Positions 33,153 through 41,840 of a stretch of 64,000 bases of DNA are shown in pieces. Under the pieces are notes generated by a model, which was not told the origin of the DNA, ran no database searches, and was given only the letters and a program-made list of their open reading frames with translations. The position numbers and the translations under genes were made by a program. Source of the stretch: Nitrospirota bacterium (GTDB lineage Bacteria > Nitrospirota > UBA9217). Position 1 is the first letter of the stretch, and every line of letters begins with the position of its first letter. Location: NCBI GenBank assembly GCA_963754875.1, contig CAVWHO010000015.1, forward strand, positions 96,001 through 160,000, written 5' to 3'.

Positions 33153-34976
33153 CTATTCGGCCCTTCTTCGGAGCTGGGCCCCCTTGAGTTCGGCGGCGGC
33201 AAAGCGTCCGATCGCGTCGTTTTCCGCCTGTATCGCTTTGAGGGAGTTCTCGGAGTCTTCACCCTTCGCAATGGCCGCTATGCGGTAATACGCCCATTCC
33301 GTATCAGCCGCGGTCTTGGCGTCCCTGGGCGCCTTCCCGGGTCTCGCGGCAACGGCGGCGCGATAATAAGCGAGCGCCTTTTGCCTGTTTCCCGCTGCGT
33401 ACAAAATATCGGCGAACCGCACGGCGATCGTGGGCGAGACGCTCGTCTTCGCGATGGCCCGCTCGCAGAATGCCGTTTCCTTCTTGATGTTCGCGAGCAG
33501 CTTCATCGAATCGAGAAGCAGGCGAACATCGTCTTCGCTCACGTCATGGATTTTCATAATCGACTCCGCCGCGTTCGTGCCCTCCTGGGAGGCCAGGGAG
33601 ATCTTGGCCCGGATGCGCAGGACCGTGTCGCTGACGACCGCCGGATTCGCACGCTTCAGATAGTCGCGTGCGGCCGCCGCGTCGCCCAGGTCCGCGTAAA
33701 AATCGGCAAGCAGCAGCAACGCTTCCGATTGAACATCACCGGTGCCGTACTTGATGAGCCAGGAGCACACGTCGAGAAAAGGCTTGCCGGCGCTCCGAAG
33801 GTGGGGGGCGATTTTGACGATCGAAGCGGCCCGTGACGGATCCAGGAGCAAGCTTCCCGCCGTGTTCCATAGTTTGACGAACTGAGCGGGGTCGCGGTCC
33901 TTCGCTTCATTGAATATCGCCTCGATCTCATTGAGCGCGGCGGGGACCGGGTTCCTGCGCAGAATGAGCTCTCTCAGGAGTGCAATGGACTCATTAAATT
34001 TTCCCTGGGTCCTGTACAGTCTGGCCAGAAGGACGAGCGCAGCATCGTACTGCTTCCCGTAGGGATAGTTCTTCTTGATCTCCAGGAGCGAGGTCTGGGC
34101 TTCCTCATTTTTCCCCGCCTGCATATAGGCATCGGCACGGTTCATGATGGCTTCGCGCCTGAGGGAGCGCTCCGGTGATTCCGCCGCAGTGTTAAATGCG
34201 GCCACTGCATCATCGAACCGTTTCTCTGTTAAAGCAATAAGCCCGAGCCCACGGGCCGCTTGGTATTTAAAGGCCGGATCTTTCACCAATTCAAAGAAAC
34301 TCCTCGCATCGTTCAATTTGCCCATTCGCCGATAACTTTCTCCGAGGTTGTAAATCCATTCCGGCGATGAACGGACCAGGTCCGGGTCCTGCTCGATCAT
34401 ATCGCGGAAAATCTTGTGCGCCTCCTCGTTTCTGTTCAGGGCTTGGAGAGTGATGGCCCTTTTGATCAGCGTCTGGTGTGATGTCCCCGCTTTTTCATAG
34501 TGATCGAGCGCCTCCCGGAATTGCCCGAGCCGGTAGCGCGCATCGGCGATGCCCAGGTGCGCCCGTTCGGAAAAGCTCGAACGCGGAAATTGTTTAAGAA
34601 AGGTTTTAAAGCAAACAGCCGCTTCCGAGGAATAGCCCATGCCGGCATACACCTCGGCCCGCTCGAACAGCATACGTTCTTTATCTGCCGGTGCATTGGC
34701 GTATAGATAAGCCAGCCGGTAGTGCTCGATGGATTCATAGGGGTGGTTGAGCGCAGTGAGCGCCCGCGCATACACATAATGATAGTCCGAGAGTTCCTCG
34801 TGTGATGGTCGATAGGCGGAGAGGGCGTCGATAGTCATTGCCGGTTTGTTCTCGGCAATCAACACCTTTGCCCTTTCCAGGGGGGTAGGCGGAGTGGCAC
34901 GCTCTCCTGCCTTCACATTGTGCGTGTTCGCAAGGATGAGCATGAGCGTTACAAAGATAAGAAAATAAATCCTCAT
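33153..34976 (-). CDS. exported tetratricopeptide-repeat protein
   Basis: Signal peptide MRIYFLIFVTLMLILA; multiple TPRs. Start set just after the sigma54 promoter. Confidence 0.85.
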   Translation of the reverse strand: MRIYFLIFVTLMLILANTHNVKAGERATPPTPLERAKVLIAENKPAMTIDALSAYRPSHEELSDYHYVYARALTALNHPYESIEHYRLAYLYANAPADKERMLFERAEVYAGMGYSSEAAVCFKTFLKQFPRSSFSERAHLGIADARYRLGQFREALDHYEKAGTSHQTLIKRAITLQALNRNEEAHKIFRDMIEQDPDLVRSSPEWIYNLGESYRRMGKLNDARSFFELVKDPAFKYQAARGLGLIALTEKRFDDAVAAFNTAAESPERSLRREAIMNRADAYMQAGKNEEAQTSLLEIKKNYPYGKQYDAALVLLARLYRTQGKFNESIALLRELILRRNPVPAALNEIEAIFNEAKDRDPAQFVKLWNTAGSLLLDPSRAASIVKIAPHLRSAGKPFLDVCSWLIKYGTGDVQSEALLLLADFYADLGDAAAARDYLKRANPAVVSDTVLRIRAKISLASQEGTNAAESIMKIHDVSEDDVRLLLDSMKLLANIKKETAFCERAIAKTSVSPTIAVRFADILYAAGNRQKALAYYRAAVAARPGKAPRDAKTAADTEWAYYRIAAIAKGEDSENSLKAIQAENDAIGRFAAAELKGAQLRRRAE

Positions 34977-34989
34977 GTCCGTGGGTATA

Positions 34990-35005
34990 AGCAACAAGCG
35001 TGCCC
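34990..35005 (-). promoter_or_regulatory. sigma54 promoter of the TPR-kinase-regulator operon
   Basis: GGGCAC-gcttg-TTGCT; palindrome GTCAGTTAACTGAC at 35052-35065 upstream. Confidence 0.8.
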
Positions 35006-35090
35006 GGAGATAACAGGTTGAATTTTAATGAGTATAGGTTGGAGAGGGGCTGTCAGTTAACTGACGTTGACGAAGGATTGGCGGAGAAAA

Positions 35091-36545
35091 TTACCGTTTC
35101 TGCATCTCGATTCCCATTTTCTTCATTTTCTCGAGCAGTGTCGTGCGGTTAAGGCCGAGCAGTTGTGCGGCTTTACTCCGTACGCCGCCTGCCTTCTCGA
35201 GGGCCTTGCGTATCATGTTCCGTTCCATGGTGCTTACTATTGCATTCAGGTCAATGCCGCCTTCACCGATTTCGACAGTGTTGTTTTGCGCGGCAGCAGG
35301 AAGCGCAGCAGTTTCGCCATGCCCCAGAGGCTCCTCAGCCGACGACGTCGCCGTTGCAAGAGCGGCAAAGGTCAACTGGTGAAGTTTTTCCGGTAGGTCA
35401 GATACTTTTACGACCGGACCGGACGCAAGGATGGTCAGGCGCTCGATGAGGTTTTCGAGTTCACGAACATTTCCCGGCCAACCGTATTTCAGAAGGCATT
35501 CCATGGCGTCCGGTGAGAACGTGAACGGCTCCCGTTTTCTCTTGCGGCAAAACTCTTGGACAAAATGGGCCATCAGAAGAGAAATGTCCTCGATCCGGCT
35601 TCTGAGCGGAGGCAGATGGAGCGGGATCACATTCAGGCGGTAGAACAGGTCTTCCCGGAACAACCCGTCTTTTGTCGCTTTTTCCAGGTCCTTATTCGTG
35701 GCAGCCAGGATGCGCACGTCCACTTTTATCGTCTTCACACCGCCCACGCGCTCGAACTCTCGCTCCTGAAGCACCCGGAGCAGCTTGACCTGAAGCGATG
35801 GATCGAGCTCGCCCACCTCGTCGAGGAAGAGCGTTCCCCCCTGCGCGAGTTCGAAGCGGCCGACGCGTGTGTTGATCGCTCCGGTGAAAGCGCCCTTTTC
35901 GTGGCCGAACAGTTCCGACTCGAGGAGGTCTTTCGGAATGGCGGCGCAGTTCAGGGGAACAAAGGGGCCGCCTGCACGAGAGCTGTTGTTGTAGTGGATG
36001 GTCTTGGCGATGAGTTCCTTGCCGGTGCCGCTCTCTCCGGTGATGAGCACGGTACTGTCCGTGTCCGCGATCTTTTCGATCAGTTCGTACACGACCTGCA
36101 TCCTCGGTGAGTCTCCGATGAGCCCCTTGAAGTTATACTTCTTCTTGAGCTGCATCTTGAGCATGACATTTTCTTTTTGCAGTTTCGATACGGAGAGCGC
36201 CTTCTCGATGACGATCATGAGCTCGTCGAGGTTGAAGGGCTTGGTCAGGTAATCGAATGCGCCGAGCCGCATTGCTTCGACAGCGGTCTGGACCGTGCCG
36301 AATGCCGTCATGACAATGACGGGAATGCTGACCTTGGATGCGAGGACTTCCTTGAGCACGTCCATCCCGGTGACGCCGGGCATCACCAGGTCCGTGAGGA
36401 TAAGATCGAACTTCTCCGCCCGAAGCATGTCGAGGCCCGTTTCACCGTTTTGGGCGAGCGTAGCCTCGAATCCTTTTTCTGAAAGAAACGAACGGAGTAC
36501 GTCCCGGACAGTATCGTCATCTTCTATGACAAGAACTCTATGCAT
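35091..36545 (-). CDS. sigma54 enhancer-binding protein, probable flagellar master regulator (FleQ/FlrA/FgrM-like) with REC domain
   Basis: [48 protein letters not shown]; divergent from fliL. Confidence 0.85.
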   Translation of the reverse strand: MHRVLVIEDDDTVRDVLRSFLSEKGFEATLAQNGETGLDMLRAEKFDLILTDLVMPGVTGMDVLKEVLASKVSIPVIVMTAFGTVQTAVEAMRLGAFDYLTKPFNLDELMIVIEKALSVSKLQKENVMLKMQLKKKYNFKGLIGDSPRMQVVYELIEKIADTDSTVLITGESGTGKELIAKTIHYNNSSRAGGPFVPLNCAAIPKDLLESELFGHEKGAFTGAINTRVGRFELAQGGTLFLDEVGELDPSLQVKLLRVLQEREFERVGGVKTIKVDVRILAATNKDLEKATKDGLFREDLFYRLNVIPLHLPPLRSRIEDISLLMAHFVQEFCRKRKREPFTFSPDAMECLLKYGWPGNVRELENLIERLTILASGPVVKVSDLPEKLHQLTFAALATATSSAEEPLGHGETAALPAAAQNNTVEIGEGGIDLNAIVSTMERNMIRKALEKAGGVRSKAAQLLGLNRTTLLEKMKKMGIEMQKR

Positions 36546-36556
36546 GTCGTAGCACT

Positions 36557-36596
36557 AACATAACAAATTAAATCTTCTCTGTCAACTGATTGACAG
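36557..36596 (-). promoter_or_regulatory. sigma70 promoter of the activator gene, overlapped by a palindromic operator
   Basis: TTGACA-N17-TATGTT; CTGTCAACTGATTGACAG (36579-36596) covers the -35 element. Confidence 0.8.
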
Positions 36597-36727
36597 GATA
36601 AACCACTGCTAAACATTGCCTGATGAAAGAGGTAGCGCTCCGTCACGTTTTCGCGAGCTCTTATGAAAAAGTCATTCCTTTGACACTGCTCGAAAAACTT
36701 ATCTCTTTATTTTCAACATGATGGCTC

Positions 36728-36742
36728 CGGCATAGTATTTGT
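36728..36742 (+). promoter_or_regulatory. possible sigma54 promoter of the fliL operon
   Basis: CGGCAT-agtat-TTGT (non-canonical -12); GTCA-N6-TGAC at 36671-36684 upstream. Confidence 0.55.
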
Positions 36743-36776
36743 ATATGTTCTCAGCATTGACATAAGGAGGAAGCTT

Positions 36777-37268
36777 ATGGCCGAAGAAAAAGAAGATAAC
36801 CAATCTGATGAAGAAAAAGCGACGAAGCCAAAAAAGAGCAACAAGAGCCTGTTTATCGTAATTGGAATCATCGTGGTTGCTCTCGCCGGAGGCATTGCCG
36901 CATATTCTCTGCTGTTCAGCAAGGGCGGAGAAAGCGCAGCGGAAACAAAACGTGAATTGAAAAAGGACACGAAGACCTCACTCATCGCACTTGATTCGTT
37001 CGTATTGAACCTCGCGGAGCAGGGGAGGTTCCTGAAGGTGACGATGCAGTTCGAAATCGCCGATCAGGCCAACCTGCCGTTGGTTACCGAGAGGACCCCC
37101 CAGCTGCGCGATGCAATAATAACGCTCATGAGCAGCAAATCCGCGGAGGCCCTTTCGAGCCCCGAAGGAAAACTGCAGATCAAGGATGAGCTTCTCCTCC
37201 GGGCCAACCAGGCGATAGGAAAGGACGTGTTTAAAAATCTCTACTTTACGGAGTTTGTAATGCAATGA
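36777..37268 (+). CDS. fliL: FliL
   Basis: TM segment, then FVLNLA..FLKV..PQLRDAII..LYFTEFVMQ. Confidence 0.93.
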   Translation: MAEEKEDNQSDEEKATKPKKSNKSLFIVIGIIVVALAGGIAAYSLLFSKGGESAAETKRELKKDTKTSLIALDSFVLNLAEQGRFLKVTMQFEIADQANLPLVTERTPQLRDAIITLMSSKSAEALSSPEGKLQIKDELLLRANQAIGKDVFKNLYFTEFVMQ

Positions 37269-38236
37269 GCGACATCCTTTCCCAAGACGAGGTTGATGCC
37301 TTACTCAGGGGCGTGCAGAAGGGCGAAATCGGCACCGAGGAGGCAAAGCAGAAGATCATGACCGGAGTGAGGGCCTATGACCTCACGAGCCAGGAGCGGA
37401 TCGTCCGTGGACGCATGCCGGGCCTCGAGATGGCGAACGAACGGTTCTCCCGGTTCTTCAGAAACTCGGTCTCCACGCTGGTCATGAAATTCGTCGACAT
37501 CAGCATCCACAATGTCGCGATCATAAAATTCGGCGAGTTCATGAAGACCATTCCTTTTCCCTCGAGCATCAACATCTTCAAAATGGAGCCGCTCAAGGGA
37601 TACTCGCTCCTGGTCCTCGAAGCCCCGCTGGTCTTCGCGTTCGTCGAGTTTTTCTTCGGCGGCGCCACCGTGCGGAACGTCAAATCCGAGGGGCGGGCAT
37701 TTACCACCATCGAACAGCGGGTCATCAAGAAGGTCGTTGCCATGGCGCTCACGGATATCGCAAGCGCCTGGGCCGGGATTTCGCCGATCAAACCCGAGCA
37801 CGTCGGCTCGGAAATGAACCCCCAGTTCGTGACCATCGTGACACCGAGCGAGATCGTCATCAAAATCGAAGTCCACATTGAGGTGGAAGACTTTACCGGC
37901 AAGCTTTTCTTCTGCATCCCCTATTCCATGATCGAACCGGTGAAGGAAAAACTCTACTCGGGGATCCAGAGCGACAAGTTCGATATGGACCAGCGCTGGG
38001 TCAGCCGGCTGAAAGAAATCCTCATGACCTCGGTGGTCAATGTTGCCGCGGAAATCGGCAGCGCGACGCTCACGTTCGGCGATCTGATGAGCCTGAAGGA
38101 AGGCGACGTCCTGACCCTCGACACCTCGACCACCGACGACCTGGTCGTAAGTGTGGAGGACACGCCTAAATTCGGCGGGCGCCCAGGCTTTAGCAGGGGA
38201 AACCAGGCCCTCCGGATCACCAAGATGCTGACGTAA
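37265..38236 (+). CDS. fliM: FliM
   Basis: LSQDEVDALL CheY-binding motif; FFGG; EMNPQF. Confidence 0.96.
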   Translation: MSDILSQDEVDALLRGVQKGEIGTEEAKQKIMTGVRAYDLTSQERIVRGRMPGLEMANERFSRFFRNSVSTLVMKFVDISIHNVAIIKFGEFMKTIPFPSSINIFKMEPLKGYSLLVLEAPLVFAFVEFFFGGATVRNVKSEGRAFTTIEQRVIKKVVAMALTDIASAWAGISPIKPEHVGSEMNPQFVTIVTPSEIVIKIEVHIEVEDFTGKLFFCIPYSMIEPVKEKLYSGIQSDKFDMDQRWVSRLKEILMTSVVNVAAEIGSATLTFGDLMSLKEGDVLTLDTSTTDDLVVSVEDTPKFGGRPGFSRGNQALRITKMLT

Positions 38237-38270
38237 AACGGAAATCCCCATTCAGAAAAGGAGCTACCTA

Positions 38271-38633
38271 ATGGAACAGGCTCAAGCAACAGGCAAGACT
38301 CAGGTGCAGAATCCGCCGCCCCAGGGAGCACGGTTCGAGGAATTGAAGGCCGGCAACGGGACCGGGGGAGTACAGCGGGACATGGATTTTCTGCTCGACA
38401 TCCCGCTCGAGGTCTCGGTGGAACTCGGCAGGACACGCATGCTCATCAAGGACCTGCTGCAGCTCGGACAGGGGTCCGTGGTCGAGTTGGACAAAATCGC
38501 CGGTGAACCCATGGAGATACTGGTAAACAACAAACTCGTGGCGCGAGGCGAGGTTGTCGTGGTCAATGAAAAGTTCGGGGTGAGGCTCACCGACATCATC
38601 AGCCCCACGGAAAGGATTCAAAAACTCAAATGA
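38271..38633 (+). CDS. fliN: FliN
   Basis: LLDIPLEVSVELGR, GEVVVVNEKFGVR. Confidence 0.96.
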   Translation: MEQAQATGKTQVQNPPPQGARFEELKAGNGTGGVQRDMDFLLDIPLEVSVELGRTRMLIKDLLQLGQGSVVELDKIAGEPMEILVNNKLVARGEVVVVNEKFGVRLTDIISPTERIQKLK

Positions 38634-39070
38634 TGGACCTTTACCTGCATATGGGACTCGCGTTGGTTCTGGTCAGCGGATTGATCTTCCTGCTCGGCCT
38701 GTTCGTCAAGAAAAAACAGGAAAAGGGCAGCCTGATGAAGATCATGGGATATCAGTCCCTGGGCCCGAAAAAAGGGATGGCCATGGTCAAAGTCGGCCAG
38801 GAAGTGCTGCTGCTCGGTGTAACGGCAAACGATGTTAAATTGCTGAAGACCCTGAGCGGTCTCGATGATGAGACCGGACATCACCGGTCTTTCGAACAAG
38901 TGGCTGCAACCGTCGCGGCCGATACCGCAGAAAGGCTCGATGCCTTCACCGCTGCGGGAGGAACCATGGAGCACCGGCAGCTGGAAAAAGCCGACCGGGT
39001 GATCGTCGCCAACACGGGCGATAAACTCAAGAAACTCAGGGCAATCAAGGACGCTTTGGTATGCAATTAA
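38630..39070 (+). CDS. fliO: FliO
   Basis: N-terminal TM; LGPKK..VKVG..LLLGVT; gene position. Confidence 0.85.
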   Translation: MMDLYLHMGLALVLVSGLIFLLGLFVKKKQEKGSLMKIMGYQSLGPKKGMAMVKVGQEVLLLGVTANDVKLLKTLSGLDDETGHHRSFEQVAATVAADTAERLDAFTAAGGTMEHRQLEKADRVIVANTGDKLKKLRAIKDALVCN

Positions 39071-39693
39071 CCGATCCCGCAATCCAGGTATTTCTGATCA
39101 TCAGCTTTCTGTCCTTTCTGCCGGCAATCCTGGTCATGTTTACGTCCTTTACCAGGATTGTGGTGGTGCTCTCGTTTTTGCGCCAGGCGATCGGCGGCCA
39201 GCAGATTCCGCCGAACCCGGTGATCATCGGCCTCTCGATCTTCCTCACCTTCTTCGTCATGTCACCGACGATCGACGTGATCACGAAAGACGCGATCGGG
39301 CCCTATATGGACAAGAAAATTACGATCCAGCAGGCGATCACCATTGCATCGCCGCCCCTCAAGACCTTCATGCTGAGGCAGACGCGCCAGAAGGACATAG
39401 CACTTTTTTTGAATATCGCGAAGACACCGGTGCCTGCGACCCCCGCAGACCTGCCCATGCGGATCGTGGTGCCGGCATTTGCGATCAGCGAGCTCAAGAC
39501 CGCCTTCGAAATCGGCTTCCTCCTCTTCCTGCCGTTTTTGATCATCGACGTCGTTGTCTCGAGCGTACTGCTCTCCATGGGCATGATGATGCTCCCGCCC
39601 GTGCTCGTATCGCTCCCCTTCAAACTTTTGCTCTTCGTGCTCGTGGACGGGTGGAACCTGGTCGTGGGATCTATCGTAAGGAGCTTTCAATGA
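39061..39693 (+). CDS. fliP: FliP (short N-terminus)
   Basis: TSFTRIVVVL, QQIPPN, PAFAISEL, MGMMMLPP, FVLVDGW. Confidence 0.96.
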   Translation: MQLTDPAIQVFLIISFLSFLPAILVMFTSFTRIVVVLSFLRQAIGGQQIPPNPVIIGLSIFLTFFVMSPTIDVITKDAIGPYMDKKITIQQAITIASPPLKTFMLRQTRQKDIALFLNIAKTPVPATPADLPMRIVVPAFAISELKTAFEIGFLLFLPFLIIDVVVSSVLLSMGMMMLPPVLVSLPFKLLLFVLVDGWNLVVGSIVRSFQ

Positions 39694-39959
39694 CCGTTGA
39701 TCTCGTAAAAGAGCTTTCCGGAGAGGTCTTCAAGACCGTGGTGATTGTGTCGGCCCCGGTGCTGCTCGTGAGTCTTGTGGTGGGCCTCGTCATCAGCCTG
39801 TTCCAGGCAGTAACGCAGATCCAGGAGTTTACCCTGACCTTTGTGCCGAAAATTCTGGCCGTCTTCGTCACCTTGTTCCTCTTTTTTCCCTGGATCGCGA
39901 GGGTCTTGATCACATACACCACGGACCTTATCACGAAGATCCCGGTGTACATACGATAA
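39690..39959 (+). CDS. fliQ: FliQ
   Basis: FQAVTQIQEFTLTFVPK. Confidence 0.95.
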   Translation: MTVDLVKELSGEVFKTVVIVSAPVLLVSLVVGLVISLFQAVTQIQEFTLTFVPKILAVFVTLFLFFPWIARVLITYTTDLITKIPVYIR

Positions 39960-39981
39960 AAAAGTACAGCGTTAAGGAACT

Positions 39982-40734
39982 ATGGAATCATACGCCCACT
40001 ACATACCGAACTTTCTTTTCATCCTCCTCCGGGCCGGGATCGTGTTGAACATGCTCCCGTTCATCGGCAGCACAAGCCTGCCGCACCAGTTCCGGATCGG
40101 CCTTGCCGTGGCAGTCGCTCTCGTTCTGACGCCGGTCGTGGATGTTCAGGTCGCAAAAAGCGCCATTCCCCTCGTCGTGGTCCGGGAAGTCATGTTCGCC
40201 ATGATCTTCGGTCTGGCAGCGCGGTTCGTCTTTTTTGCAGTAGACATGGCGGGCCAGGTCATGAGCAACGCGACCGGCCTTTCCATGGCCGCAATCATCA
40301 ATCCCGAAATCGGCCAGACCACGGAGATATCGCAACTGTACAGCATCATCGCGACACTCCTGTTCTTCGCCATCGATGCGCACCATGATCTTATTACGAT
40401 TTTCGTCAGGAGCTACGAACTTGCCCCTCTGGGGACCATCAACATGCAGGGAATCATGACGGCGGGAGTTTCCTTTACCACCAGCATTTTCATCATCGCG
40501 CTCAAGATAAGCGCCCCTGTGGTCATCATCATGCTGATCACGAACATCATCCTCGGGTTCGTTTCAAAAGCGGCGCCGCAGATGAACGTGTTCTTTGTCG
40601 GCTATCCCCTGTACCTGTTCCTCGGGTTCTTGACGATGTTTTTGAGTCTCCCGGTTTTCGTTTTTGTCATGGGCAGGTATTTCAAGGGCATCCCCGATGA
40701 GATGGGCAGGGTCTTGCTCCTCATGAAACGATGA
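39982..40734 (+). CDS. fliR: FliR
   Basis: Multi-TM; AGQ, DAHH, KAAPQMNVF. Confidence 0.95.
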   Translation: MESYAHYIPNFLFILLRAGIVLNMLPFIGSTSLPHQFRIGLAVAVALVLTPVVDVQVAKSAIPLVVVREVMFAMIFGLAARFVFFAVDMAGQVMSNATGLSMAAIINPEIGQTTEISQLYSIIATLLFFAIDAHHDLITIFVRSYELAPLGTINMQGIMTAGVSFTTSIFIIALKISAPVVIIMLITNIILGFVSKAAPQMNVFFVGYPLYLFLGFLTMFLSLPVFVFVMGRYFKGIPDEMGRVLLLMKR

Positions 40735-40805
40735 TCGGACAAAGGCAGAAAGAGAGTAGTTAAGGATTTTAGCCCTATGCTCCATCCGGTTTTTGAAAGG
40801 CAGTC

Positions 40806-41840
40806 ATGGCGGAAAACAACGACAGAACAGAACAAGCAACACCGCGGCGGCGCGAGAAGGCACGGGAAAAGGGCCAGATCGCGCGAAGCCGCGAGCTCGT
40901 TTCCATGGCCACAACGGCCGGTATTCTGTTCGTGTTCTACTTTGCAGGAACGTCGTTCATGAGGAACGTCACCGGGCTTACCGGCAGGCTATTGGGCCTC
41001 CGCTACGGCAGGGACCCGCTCACCGTTATGCGGGCGGCATCCGTGGACATGGCGATGATCCTTGTTCCCTTTTTCGCAGCCGCCATCGTGTTCGCGGTTC
41101 TCTCCAATGTGCTGCAGGGAGGCGTCCTGTTCAAGCCGCTGTCGTTCGACCTGTCGAAGCTTAATCCGCTCTCCGGGATGCAGAACCTCTTCTCGATAAG
41201 CGCTTTGCCGGGCCTTTTCAAGAGCACGTTCAAATTCATTCTGGGCATCGTCCTGTTCTACATTATGGCCAAGAAGGCCCTCGTCATCCTGCCCATGACC
41301 TCAGCCATGGAACTGCACGATATCCAGTCCGTCGCATTCGGTCTTATCGGCAAGACCGTGGCCTATGCGTTCACCACCTACTTCGTCCTGGCCCTGCTCG
41401 ATTATTTGTACGAACGATGGAAGTTCGGCCGCTCTCTCAGAATGACCAAGGAAGAGATCAGGGAAGAGGCCCGTGAATCCGAAGGCGACCCGCTTATTAA
41501 AGCAAAGATCAGAAGTATGCAGCGAGACATGGCGCGCCGGAGGATGATGGAGGCCGTGCCCAAGGCAACGGTGGTGATCACCAACCCGACCCACATTGCC
41601 GTGGCGCTGCTCTATAAAAAAGATCAGACCTCTGCGCCCAAGGTCATTGCCAAGGGTAAAGGATACGTTGCTGAAAAAATCCGGGAGATCGCACGCAAGC
41701 ACGGCGTGCCGCTCATGGAAGACAAACCCCTGGCCCGGGCGCTTTTCAAGGTCAAACTCGACTCGTTCATCCCTGAAGAGCTGTACCGCGCGGTGGCCAA
41801 GATTCTGGCATACATCTACAAACTGAAAGGAGCGGCCTGA
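40806..41840 (+). CDS. flhB: FlhB
   Basis: TEQATPRR, EGDP, NPTH autocleavage motif. Confidence 0.96.
   Translation: MAENNDRTEQATPRRREKAREKGQIARSRELVSMATTAGILFVFYFAGTSFMRNVTGLTGRLLGLRYGRDPLTVMRAASVDMAMILVPFFAAAIVFAVLSNVLQGGVLFKPLSFDLSKLNPLSGMQNLFSISALPGLFKSTFKFILGIVLFYIMAKKALVILPMTSAMELHDIQSVAFGLIGKTVAYAFTTYFVLALLDYLYERWKFGRSLRMTKEEIREEARESEGDPLIKAKIRSMQRDMARRRMMEAVPKATVVITNPTHIAVALLYKKDQTSAPKVIAKGKGYVAEKIREIARKHGVPLMEDKPLARALFKVKLDSFIPEELYRAVAKILAYIYKLKGAA

Noticed and set aside
35091..36545. FleQ-type c-di-GMP-binding residues in the activator
   Set aside because: The LFRS motif is not present, and I cannot assign the other residues without an alignment.
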